A DNA stretch of 64,000 bases from Lingula anatina (taxonomy: Eukaryota; Animalia; Brachiopoda): positions 5,580,001 through 5,644,000 of the forward strand of contig JBPQGU010000016.1 in the NCBI GenBank assembly GCA_051362555.1, in the 5' to 3' direction. This document shows, piece after piece, positions 27,778 to 38,940 of this stretch. Numbering within the stretch: the stretch's first letter is position 1; each line of letters starts with the position of its first letter. The notes beneath the pieces are model-generated. The model worked only from the letters and a program-made list of their open reading frames with translations, did not search any database and was not told the DNA's origin. The position numbers were made by a program, and so were the translations under genes.

Positions 27778-27918
27778 TGTTATGTTCCGTATTTTTATTC
27801 AAACATATAAACAAAGGAATAACGTGCTTTGGAAGTGCTGCTTAGCTTTATTAGATTCAATATGGCTGACCGTCTCAGCTGCGTTCGCACAAAGTGATGA
27901 CGTCATATCAAAACACAC
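27778..27918 (-). repeat. 3' LTR (first 4 bp and PPT missing)
   Basis: 4 mismatches to the 5' LTR over 141 bp. The integrase frame runs directly into it. Confidence 0.93.
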
Positions 27919-30900
27919 TGGTACCGTAGTGGTACCTTCACTTGTCTGCCAGACCGGGTTATCGTCACTGGTGTGCTCCTTGCCTTCTCTTGCGCAGTTG
28001 TTGCTGGCACATCGAGTTTTCCATGGTCATCTGGCTTTGCAGGCAATTCCACTCTGGAAGCTGCTGCAGGTGAGGTGGGGATCACTGTGGGTTTGATGAC
28101 GCTGTCCCCTGGCTGTATCTTTGGTTCCTGGCGTGTGTTTGGTTCCTTGGTCTTTTTGAGGTGTTGCCTGTTTCGCCTCAGTATTCCAGAAGGCGTCTCA
28201 ATGGTGTATGATCTTTCATCGAGTTTCTGTAGAACCGTCCCTTTGGTCCAGGTTTTTTGTCCCATCTTGAATGGCTGTAGTCGGACTGTGTCCCCTTCGT
28301 CTAAAGCAGGAAGATGGTGAGAGGACTTGTTGGCATGCATAGCCTGTTTTGCTTGGCCGTGCTTAATGTCCCGTTTTGTGTGTCTTATGTCAGTGACCTC
28401 TGGTTTGAGGAGGGCGGGAGCAGTTGGTAACATGGTTTTTGTCCTACGGCTCATCAGGCCCTGTACAGGACTGGATAACATTCCTTGAGAAGGAGTGTTC
28501 CTGTGATCGAGGATTGCGAGGTAAGGGTCGCTTCCAGCTTCCTTACATTTCCTCATTATCCGTTTTGCCGTCTTGACCGCTGATTCCGCTTTGCCATTAG
28601 CTCTGCTGTTGTATGGACTGATGGTCATATGAGTGATGTCCCAGGCTTTGCAGAATTTCTGGAACTCCTCAGAAGAGAACTGAGGTCCATTGTCAGAGAC
28701 AATGCTGTCCGGGATGCCATACCTAGCAAAATGGGTCTTGAGTTTCTGTATCACTGTTTTGGCATCAGTCGTGGGTAGCATGTCTACTTCCCAAAAGTTG
28801 CTGAGGTAGACCGCCGTTATGAGGTAATCTTTCCTTGATTGGTGAAGATGTCTGTACCATCTTTGGCCCATGGTCGGTCAGGTGTATCATGGCTCATGAG
28901 AGGTTCTTTCGGGTTCGCCACTTCAAAGGCTCTGCAAGTACTAAATCCTGATATGTACTGTAGTCATGAATCTCCTGCGTCATGTTCGGCCAAAAAATGC
29001 ATTCCCTGGCTCGTCGCAGGCACCCATCTATCCCTAAGTGTGACAAGTGGATTTTCTCCTTCATCATAGCGCGTTCACTCATGGGGATGATGACACAATC
29101 TCCTCTAAAGATTAGACCATCATGGACTGCTAACTCATCTCTGAATGAAAAGTAAGGGTGCACTAATGGTGATAGATGTGCTTTCTCATTTGGCCACCCT
29201 TGAAGTATCTGTTGTTTAAGCGCGGTCATAGTCTGGTCGATTTCCGTTGCTTTCCGGATGACTTCAAGCCTTGATTCCGAGATTGCCACATACTTTGTTG
29301 CGTTTACATTCTCAAATTCTGCCTGATGTCCCTCTGTTGTCTGTCAGTATGCTCGGGACAGAGTGTCTGCTAGAGTCATCTCTTTGCCGGGTGTGTACGA
29401 TACAGATGCATTGTATTGCTGCAGTCGCATAAGCATGCCCTGCAGTCTTTTTGGTGCGTTAGCCAAAGGCTTCTTTATGATGCTTTGAAATGGCTTGTGG
29501 TCTGACATCACATTAATCTGTCGACCGAAAGTATACTGATGGAACTTCTCAGTGCTCCATACAATCGCCAATATCTCCTTTTCTATTTGAGCGTAACTTG
29601 TCTCTGTATCGGTGAGTGCTCGACTGGCAAAGGTTATCGGCTGTCCTTCTTGGAGCAAGGCTGCCCCGAGTCCAGTTTTGCTTGCATCACACTGGATGGT
29701 CAGCTCTTTTTCTGGGTCATAATAGCGCAGAATCGGTGCTTCGCTCACAAGTTTTTTCACCTCTTGTAGTGCCTTGTCTTGAACACTGGACCAGTTCCAT
29801 GGAACATCTTTCCTCATCAGCTGCCTAATTGGTCCCATGGCATCGGATAGTCTTGGGAGGAACCTAGCTAGGTAATTGACAAATCCGTTTAGTCGCTGCA
29901 CTCCTTCGACATCCTCTGGTCTCTGCATCTGCATCACCGCTTCCACTTTCTTCGGGTCAGGCTTCAAGCCTTCATTGGTGATCAGATGTCCTAGGAAGGT
30001 GACTGACTTCTGGCGCAGTTTCATTTTGTTGGCATTTAGACGTATGCCCAATTCTTGACATCGTTTCAGCAGATTTTTGAGTTTCTCGTCATGGTCTCTT
30101 AGAGCTTCCTGGTCTGTTTCTCCTGTTCCATAGACCATTAGGTCATCTGCGACGCAGATCACACCATCTAAACCGTGGATGCATTCATCAAGCTTCTTGG
30201 CGAAGATCTCAGATGACACATTCAGGCCGAATGGCAGTCTCAGCCATCGGTAACGGCCATGCGGAGTGGCGAATGTCGTAAGGAATGACATTTCGTCGTC
30301 CAGCTCTACATGCCAATACCCGGCCTTTAGGTCCATCGTGGAAACTACCCTGGCTTTTGACAACTCGGGTAGCACATCATCCAGGGTGCATAAAGGGAAG
30401 TGTTCTCTTCTTAAGGCTTTGTTCAGTGGTCTAGGGTCTATGCAGATATGTAGTTAGCCGGATTTCTTTGTAGCTGTGACCATGGCACTAACCCAGTCGG
30501 TTGGCTCATTCACAGGCTTGATCACATGTTTCTCTGTTAGCATGTCAAGCTCCACCTTTATCTTTTGTCTGAGTGCAACTGGAATACGTCTCGATGGTGA
30601 CACTTCCGGTGTTACCGTTGGGTCCACTCGCAGTGTCGCAGTGCCAGGCATGTGTCCCACATCGTCATTGAGCACATCAGCGTATTTCTTGAGGATGGTG
30701 CAATTAGTGTCAGTCTCACTTTCATTCTGCTGTACGACTGCTATTCGTTCACAATTCTTCGAGTGCACAGAGATAAGCCTCATTTGCTGGCTTGCTGACA
30801 CTCCTAGAATAGGCATGAGATTGCGATCTTCTACAACGATAAATTTCACGGAGTATTTTTTTCCATTGGCTGGGTTGACCATCTTCAGTCTGCATTCACC

Positions 30901-31700
30901 CAGTGGCTGTTTCAGATTTTTGTCCCACATCTCTAATGTGCTTGTGGCTGGGTGTATCGTCGTTGTGCCCACATGGTGTCGTATGATTAGATTAACCGAT
31001 GCACCACAATCAATCTGGAATTTCACGGGCTGGTTTCTAATGAGCATGTTTGCATATATGAGCTTGCCGTGGCTCTGTCTCTCTTTGTTAACAGTGTTTA
31101 CGCCATTTATGATCTCACAATCACTCTCCTCCTGTGAATCTTCAGTGTGTACAGTGTGCACTTTGTTTTTCTTCTTCTTTTTGCATACAGTGGCGAAATG
31201 GTTTCTTCCTTTACATATGCTGCATGTCTTTCCCCATGCTGGGCAGGACTCCTTCTTCAGCTCATGCGTCCGCCCACAGAACTTGCATGTTTGAGCGTGT
31301 CCATGTGACCTATAACTATGCGGTCACGTAGCAGCGTGTCCCCTAGGCATTCACAGAAATTACAGCTCACAGAAATTACAGCTCCAATGATATGTTGATC
31401 AAATTTCTCAATAATGGCCCCAACAGTTCTGTCATCAGCATCACCTTCGAAAGCAAAACCATTATAAAATCGGAGAGCTTCTGTGCCTATTGCATTCAAC
31501 AGCATGGCGACCTGATATTGCTGTGGCTGGGATCCAAGATTGGATACGATTGTGTAGTTTCCCCACAGTTGTTTCCATAGATTCCAGTTTTCAACCTTTC
31601 CAGACTGGAGATCTAAAGGGCTAGGGGGTCTGATTCCCGATATAAATCTACTGGATTCCCTCCTACTCCCAGTTTGGTTCTCCTCATCTGACATCGACAT
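27903..31700 (-). pseudogene. Disrupted gag-pol: gag 31257-31700, Cys/His knuckles about 31180-31290, protease 30454-31161, RT/RNase H 29344-30375, integrase 28894-29289 and 27903-28871
   Basis: Motifs CSICKGRNHFATVC, FQIDCGASVNLI, LPFGL, VADD, CDASKTGLGA, HLGIDGC, SDNGPQF and NGKAESAV. Stops and frameshifts separate the segments. Confidence 0.92.
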
Positions 31701-32003
31701 GATAGGGCCTTGAGTAATAACAGTTACTCTGGTGACTGGTAGGTTGTGAACACATACAAATCAAGTGTTCCGGCATACTTACAGGTCTCCAATATGCACA
31801 ACAAACCACACTAGCAGGGAACATAGTGTCTCCGATATCTGTATTAATCCTTACTGTTAGCTGGAATGAACCACTTTCTCTTTCCGTGGGTAGAGGGAGG
31901 GCTTACCTCGTGTTTAGGTCAAGTGTCTTCTTTCACACGCTTTCAGGGTGAGAATGAGTATGTCAGTACTTACAGTCTGCAGTGCCCTTCCCTATCCTTT
32001 TTA

Positions 32004-32013
32004 GCTGCCACCA
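32004..32013 (-). other. Primer binding site, probably tRNA-Leu
   Basis: TGGTGGCAGC directly follows the 5' LTR and is complementary to a tRNA 3' end GCTGCCACCA, recalled as the tRNA-Leu type. Confidence 0.7.
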
Positions 32014-32158
32014 TGTTATGTTCCGTATCTTTATACAAACATATAAACAAAGGAATAACGTGCTTTGGAAGTGTTGCTTAGCTTTATTAGATTCAATATG
32101 GCTGACCGACTCAGCTGCGTTCGCACAAAGTGATGACGTCATATCAAAACACACAACA
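32014..32158 (-). repeat. 5' LTR (145 bp)
   Basis: TGTTATG...CAACA on +, a direct repeat of 27778-27918. Confidence 0.95.
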
Positions 32159-32556
32159 GGTTACTTTTTCCCCCTGAGTAGCCTGCTTTGGATCACCTAC
32201 GACCATTAAAATTAACTTATAATTGCCAGACAACTACCCAAGTGCATAGTCATCATTTAGACCCCATTCCCATAGATATTTAGATCGATCTATCCCCCTG
32301 TTAAGCCAGTTTTATTTTGCACAAATGATCTATAAGTATTCCTCTGAAAATTCACAGTAAGAAAATAAGCTAACGTTTTTCTTCAGTTTCCTTCATAATA
32401 GTTAAAAGGATATACTCTGTATGTATGTAATTTAAGTAAATGTGTGAGTTTCACAGCTAAATTATGACATGAATATTATAATTATAAATATGTTTTAATG
32501 TTGTAATTTCAATTTATCAAACACCCACACTATATTATTTTCCATGGTCAGTGTTC

Positions 32557-35500
32557 CTAAACCAAGGTCATTTCTGGGGAGGTGAAGGCAATGACTTTAT
32601 GGTTGTGTGGGATTGGGACATCGCGTAATGTGAACATCCTTACGCAGTCCATCACCCAGTGAAGAGAATTTTCGTTTTTATCAAAAAATTCACAGCTGGC
32701 TGGATTCGACCAGTTCAAATACATATCCACCTCTGCATCTTTGGGAATGGACTGCAGCACTTTTTGTAGTAGAAGTTTGGAAATGAGGAGAGAGTCCGCA
32801 AACAGGGGTGCCATTCTGTACGCCGTCTGTCCGGGCTGGACAATCGTGTACCCAGTGATATCTCCACTCTTTTTGTTGATGGCTACAAAAGATTTTGACG
32901 ATGGTCGAGCTAAATATTTCTCTAAAAACACTGGTCTTGGAATGGTGTGAATTTCTGTATCATACTTCAGCAGTAAATCAAATGGCACTTTAGATGCTGT
33001 CACGACTTCAGTTTCGACATTTTCTCTTTCTGCTGCCAACCAAGACTCGTTGATTCGCCCCAAAACAAGACCAATACTGTGGGTGGCGACCTGGAAGCCA
33101 CTGTCATGGAGAATCTGCTGTCTGTGTAACACAGAAAATACGCCTAAATTTCTACCTCCAACCCGCTTACTTCTCTCTGCCCACATCTTTTTGACTAGAT
33201 AAAGTAAAAAAAGGGAATTGGTGATATAAAAGGTTTATAACTAACACAGGTGAAATTTGGTATCCCTAAACACTTGATACTTGTAAATATTGTAACAAGA
33301 ACCAAACACCAGTAGAACAACAGAATTTGAAGAAAAAGATAAATAATGGCTGGTATGAGGCTCACATATATAAGTTAAATGTAACAGCACGTTTTGCTCA
33401 GATCTCTTTTTGTATTCATGTAACTCATTTCTTCGTTTCGCCTAAGACTTAGGATACTACAGTATCCCACAGCTCAGGTTTTCCATTACTGACATAAGGT
33501 GTGTCTATTGAGGCAAATGAGGCTTTACTATCTACAGGTGTAGATATAGATGTACATTCTAGAGTGAAAAACTTATTTCAGCTGGTCAAACTGTCTTTTC
33601 AAACTTCTTGAAATTTTATTAGATAGATTAACTGTTGCCAAACGACCTCTTTATCTTGATAAATAAAATAGTTAATTACCTATTCCCTTTCCTCTGAGTT
33701 CTGGTTTAATAGCGCTAAGACCACCAAAGGCTTCTTTTTCATCCAAAAGATTGAACAGCATGGAACCTTTAAGAAATGTACATTCTGTCTAAAATAATTT
33801 GCGGTAATAGCTATGACTGTTTAAAAGAAATCAAATATGCCAATTTTTTTGTAAGATAGGTATGGCAGATAAGAGTAGGTATATAGGAATGGCCAGATTC
33901 ATCATTAAAACAGATTCAATAACATGATACTATGCACTTAATTAAAGTGATAATAACTCTTCGTTTCGGCCAAAAAATGAATTTTCCTGGAGTAAACAAC
34001 AATTTTTCCATGCTTACCAATGGTTAATGAATCCATTTTTACATTCAAAGTTAGTCCCTGGTTTTTTTCTAAAAAGTTTGGTTTTTTGTTAAAATCTCTT
34101 AAGAGATTTTAGCAGAGTATAGCCATCAATGGAGGTCACGTGGTCTAAAGACAAGCTCAGATATCAGAATAATAGCTATAACTGCCGTTTTTGTGGTTAA
34201 ACAGAATGTATTATATTTCTATGAGTTATCCACAATGTTTTATTGGGAAATATAGATCTCATACGAAGAGTTATTATCCCTTTAAATGATTCATCTTTTA
34301 CATCTCAAATGTAATTCAAAATGCCTTTATCTGCAAAACTGGATCCAAAAATATAATATAAAAACAAAAATATTGGCCATTTCCCTTTCAAGATGTAGGG
34401 GAGACTCATAAGGAATACCATACCACTTGGCAAGTGCAACAGAATCTTACATAATTTCAGATCGACATGTCCATTCATTTCATGATGTCCATTCGTTTCA
34501 GTCATGTGATCAACGAAAAAGGACGGAGTGATCAGAAAAAAAGTGACCACTATGTGTCCAAACTAAGGCAGTTGACATAAAGATATATACATTGGAACTC
34601 ACTCAAACTTCCAAGTATTTTTCCTGGATATCAGACAAGGAAAGGTCACGTGGGATACGCCCCAACCCCTTCATGGATAGGTTTTTTAAAAAAAAGAGCG
34701 TTTACCAACAACTTTGCCATCCAATTCTGCCACCAGGGCATTGTCTCCAGCAATGTCCACAAAGGTTTCTATGGTCTCCGGAATATAGTTCCATGACTCA
34801 GCATTGTAGATGTCTGTCAGACTTACTGCATCTTTCTTCTGTGCAGATCGGATTTTAATATGGGAAGATGCGTCTCCTGCACCTGACGAACATGCTCTAA
34901 GTCTGCAAGTGCAACATTTATACATTCATGTGAATTGGTCCCGAGCAGACAGACAAATTACATCACAATATAAGGAAGATACTGCAGACAGAAAATACCC
35001 CAAAATATTGGTTTCGATCCAAGTCCATGTATTTAATATGTCTTAATTTATCATAAAATATCCATCAAACTAGAGGATCAGAGAGGCGATACCGCCTCCT
35101 GATATTGTACCACCAGCTGGGGTAAGCGCATTTGTATGGGAAAGAAAAAGAAAGTGGGGCCCCACCTGTATGGTTGTGGGTGACAAGCTGCAGGAAATGT
35201 AGTAAACAAGGTGTTTTATTTTTTTTTTTTTCAGTTTTGGCATCTAATGGCTGCTTTTCCCATGAAAATGCACCGATTGACCCCGAACTTCCACACATTA
35301 AAGCAGTCTGCAATTGTAACCCCTCAGTATAATATGAGAGCTAAGGTCTGCTTAGTTTCTGAACATTGGCACAAACAAATATCTTTTTGCAGAAATTCCC
35401 TTTTTTGCGATCTAGGAGGATAATTGGTAATGGTGCCTTTTATCCCACGCCACCCTGCGGAGCCGTACGATATGGGTTGGTACTAAAACCACAAATACCC

Positions 35501-36703
35501 CCAGCTAACACACTGGTGGTACTAACTATGGGCATATCTTTGCCAGTTTTGAAAGTATAAGCACTGAAAAAAGTTGCAAAGTTCAGTCCATGGTGAAAAG
35601 TAGGTCAAAGGTCAATTTCAAGGTCACAGTTAAATTGCCAGTATATGACTTCCTATTCAACTTCAATAGTAACTATTGACCCAACTCTTCTAGTTTTGGA
35701 GATATAAGAGACTAAAAATTTTCAAACTTCAGTTAATGGTGAAAAGTAGGAATGTACTTTTTGATACAGCATAACTCGTGAACCGTATGGAAAACAAAAA
35801 AACGGAGACCACCCCCAGTGTTGGGCTTGACATGCTCTATCAAATGCAAAAAACAAGAGGTCTCTAGCATTAACGACTCCAGAATTAGAGAGAGTTTTAT
35901 GTTTCAGCATCTAATGGCCGCTGCTCCCGTGAAAATGCATCGATTGACTCGAAACTCACAGAGATGAAAGATAACCTGAAGAGTAACAACTACCAAAAAT
36001 ATTAGAGGTAAGGTCTGCGTAGTTTCTGAATATCAGCACAAATAATTTTTTTTTCGTAAAAAATTCCCTTTTTTTGAAAATTTTGGCCTGTTTGACCTTG
36101 AAATAAAGGTCAAAGGTCATATCTAAGGGCATATTTGGAATCCTCATATGTGACTTTCGGTCAGACTTCTATATTAATTTTTCCCATAATTCCTTCAGTT
36201 TGGGAGATATATAGCATTGAATTTTCAAAAATTTTGACAAGGGTGCATTTCAACGAGCGTCATGCCCAGGCAATTGCACCGATCGAGACAAAAAAACCAG
36301 GGGGTTCAAGTTGAGATTATATGTGACCTAAATCCAAGAGATGGGGACACAGGCCCATGCAGTCTAGGAGGAGAAGCGGTAACGGTGACTTGTATCCCAC
36401 GCCACCCTGCGGAGCCGGCGGAGCTCACGGAGCCGGCGGAGCCGGCGGAGCCGTACGATACGGGTCGGGACTAAAACCATGAGTACCGCCAGCGTACACG
36501 CTGGCGGTACTAATTAAATACTGACCACAAAGATTGTCTTAAGGTACACAGTAGAGAAAATTAAGAGTAAAACTGCCCACAATTGAGATTACATACACTA
36601 TGAATTTCTCTCCCGTGACGCAAGCGCCCCAATCAAAACACATGCAGGGGTAGCCCAATGACGCAGATTTCATTACCCAGTGTCGCAGCATGTTATACGC
36701 CAT
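32557..36703 (-). CDS. GNAT + YitH-type acetyltransferase, paralog 1 (342 aa): exons 36597-36703, 34706-34902, 33680-33766, 32557-33194
   Basis: GT-AG junctions in phases 2/1/1 give 1029 nt of open frame. Acetyl-CoA motif PELRGKGI. The C-terminal region LLKYD...PR..FL...GY...YRMAPLFADS resembles the YitH/Acetyltransf_18 domain. Confidence 0.85.
33946..34281. mobile_element. Non-autonomous TIR element with TTAA TSD (Kolobok-like)
   Basis: TTAA-AGTGATAATAACTCTTCGT ... ACGAAGAGTTATTATCCCT-TTAA. Absent from the paralog 2 intron at about 46800. Confidence 0.85.
35070..36511 (+). mobile_element. Complete Helentron/HINE-like element in an intron of paralog 1
   Basis: 5' CTAGAGG with GAGGCG-ATAC-CGCCTC hairpin, subterminal GTACCACCAGC, a partial satellite unit, 9-bp GAGCCGGCG repeats and a perfect 14-bp-stem 3' hairpin at 36482-36511. 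Paralog 3 (about 52335-52350) shows the empty site at an AA/TT with no TSD. Confidence 0.82.
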
Positions 36704-36828
36704 GTTAGTGCTGGAAAGGAAATATGCACATGGTATGCAGAGCATTTTAATTTATTTCTATCCATTGGTTGCCAGGTGAACAGGAGCGTCTAGAGGTAAT
36801 ACATGTATTTTAGAACTCATATATGTAA

Positions 36829-37043
36829 GGCTGTATTCCCAGAGCTTTTAGATCATTCTATCCCCGCAGGGAGTCTCACTAGATTACTGTCAGATAATCT
36901 GACTTAAATGTCCTTCCCACCTACTACAAGCCGTAAGGGGGTAATTAACTTTCGTGTCCGCCCGGCTGACAGCTATTTAGCATGAACCCCCAGGGAGTTA
37001 GGTCGATCTCAAGTAGATCGATCTAATCTCTGGAAATGGGGTC
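36829..37043. mobile_element. MITE with TAA TSD (PIF/Harbinger-like)
   Basis: TAA-GGCTGTATTCCCAGAG...CTCTGGAAATGGGGTC-TAA, with a single TAA at the empty site in paralog 2 (about 48246). Family fragments lie near 21070, 24040-24127, 32260-32300 and 58940-58994. Confidence 0.8.
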
Positions 37044-37472
37044 TAACATTCAGTCACTAAGTCATTATCCAGATTCTGTTAAAATGACCAAAAACAGTTA
37101 CACTGTACACTCTTACTAAACTGATGGAAAGTTAGAGACAAAAATATTATTTCAAAGTTCACTGTGATGATTGTCACAAAACCTTTGGTATACCAGTGAG
37201 TATAGTGTTAGAAATTACTCATAAACAGTTTTTCAAGGTACAAAAGTATACAAAATGTCTTGACTTCTGCACAATAGTTAGTTAGAGATGTGAACCCTGG
37301 AACATACGGTAAAAAACTTGAAAATTTCGTCACTTAAAAATTAATTCATATTTTTAACTGCCTGAATCCGACTAATTTTTTCAAAATTACGTTTCCCCAA
37401 CTCCTGGGTATGACAAAACTTTCAAAACTCCTACATTAGGGTGCCCTGAGTGTCAGGACCACTGTAAATTAA

Positions 37473-38103
37473 AGCAATAATAACTCTTCCTTTGAGATTC
37501 AAAATTCCGCATGAAATACATTGTAAACAACGCATGGAAATATATTCTATTGTATTTTACCACTAAAACGGCCTTTATTGTAGTAAAACTAAAATCTGTG
37601 CTTGTCAATAGGGCTTTCGATGCTTTTCTTCCCGGTCATCAAGGCATTCGTTGCTAATGACGTAATGGTGTCACGCGGATTCTTGCGTTCATTCGAGACC
37701 AAAATAACATATGGCGCCAAACGCATTAATGCAGACGCAGACGTAAGTTGCGAGTTTTTGTACAGTGCGTCGGATAACGAAAAGCCCAGAATGGCACACA
37801 TTGTGGATATTAATGTATTTTTAACAAAAAGACAACTATATCTCATGAATCTTATATAGTGTTGTTGTTGTCTGCTTTTCCCGCGGTTTTAAGTAGGTCA
37901 ACAGTGACTATGCGATGTCAGAGAGAGCTCCGTCAGTTAAAATCTCTTAAGAGATTTTAACGAAAAACCGTACGTTTAGGAAAAAAACCCTGGATTAACT
38001 TTGAATGCAGGAATGGGGTCGCTGACCATTGGTAAGTACGGGAAAATTGCCGTTTACTCCAGGAAAATCCAATTTTTGGCCAAAATGAAGAGTTATTATG
38101 ACT
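37473..38103. mobile_element. Non-autonomous TIR element with TTAA TSD (same family as 33946-34281)
   Basis: TTAA-AGCAATAATAACTCTTC ... GAAGAGTTATTATGACT-TTAA, with internal 26-bp palindrome GTTAAAATCTCTTAAGAGATTTTAAC. Confidence 0.85.
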
Positions 38104-38940
38104 TTAAGCTAGCTTGCTAACTATTCAAACGTTTTCATGGGATTTATGAAATCAAGATCGAGCTGGGAAAACTAAAATCTAGAACCTAGCCCTTGGGTAA
38201 TCTTAGGATTTTTATCCTTATCGATTTTCATCGTTGTTCCTCGCATATTGTGGAGTATTTATCACTACTTCCAGAGTCACTTTCTGGTGGTGAATAATAA
38301 TCTGTTTATTAGTGCATCTGGATTTCATTATTATTAACTTACCCTTACTTTCACTATCATAAACTTACCCTTAGTTACTTTCATTATCATAAACTTGCCC
38401 TTACTTTCATTATCATTAACTTGAGAATTGTTTTCCTGTAAAGAAATATACCTCCAGATAGGGGAGAGAGGTCAAGATACGCATGCATGCAGGTTTGGGT
38501 GTCAGGCCGTTCTAAATTACCATCTTTAACTTAGAACTAACTAAATCACAGCACTTCAATTTTCCCAAGTGCCATGAGCAGGGGAGGGGGGGTTAAATTT
38601 TTTTGTTCTATGGGGATAGGGGTAAAAAATAATCGGTAACGATCTCCCGCTGACGATCTTCCGAGGACGGTCTCTTAACAAGTCCTTTGAAGCACAGGTC
38701 TCAAACTACTGCGCATGTGCGAAATGTACGCTGTTTGAAATAAACAAATGGTGAAATTGACAAAGCCTGCCAGTGTTTACCGTCTGGTTGATTTTATTTC
38801 ATTAGCTCTCTGGTGTCTTTTTGAAAGTTTATATTAGAAATGTTCTATTGATTTTAAGTTGTAAAAAGTAAATCCGTCTGAAATCCTTAGAAAAAACATC
38901 TATTTTACCTTCATTTTAAGGGGATTCCCATTGTATTTAT

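Larger units (their letters stand above)
27778..32158 (-). mobile_element. Gypsy (Ty3) LTR retrotransposon, near full-length but decayed
   Basis: LTRs at 27778-27918 and 32014-32158 (outer ends TG...CA), 5-bp TSD GGTTA (27773-27777, 32159-32163) and domain order gag-PR-RT-RH-INT on the minus strand. The empty site is visible in the paralogous flank near 45070. Confidence 0.96.

Noticed and set aside
30476-31294. 272-aa plus-strand ORF (and similar ORFs at 45654-46274, 17742-18158 and 49680-50078)
   Set aside because: These are antisense shadows of real minus-strand coding sequence with no recognisable motifs.
34686-34925. ORF-track start MYKCCTCR... (and MYTCCTCR at 52071) as the acetyltransferase N-terminus
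   Set aside because: A conserved acceptor lies inside this stretch in all three paralogs with a phase-matched upstream exon, and paralog 2 lacks the equivalent MY start.
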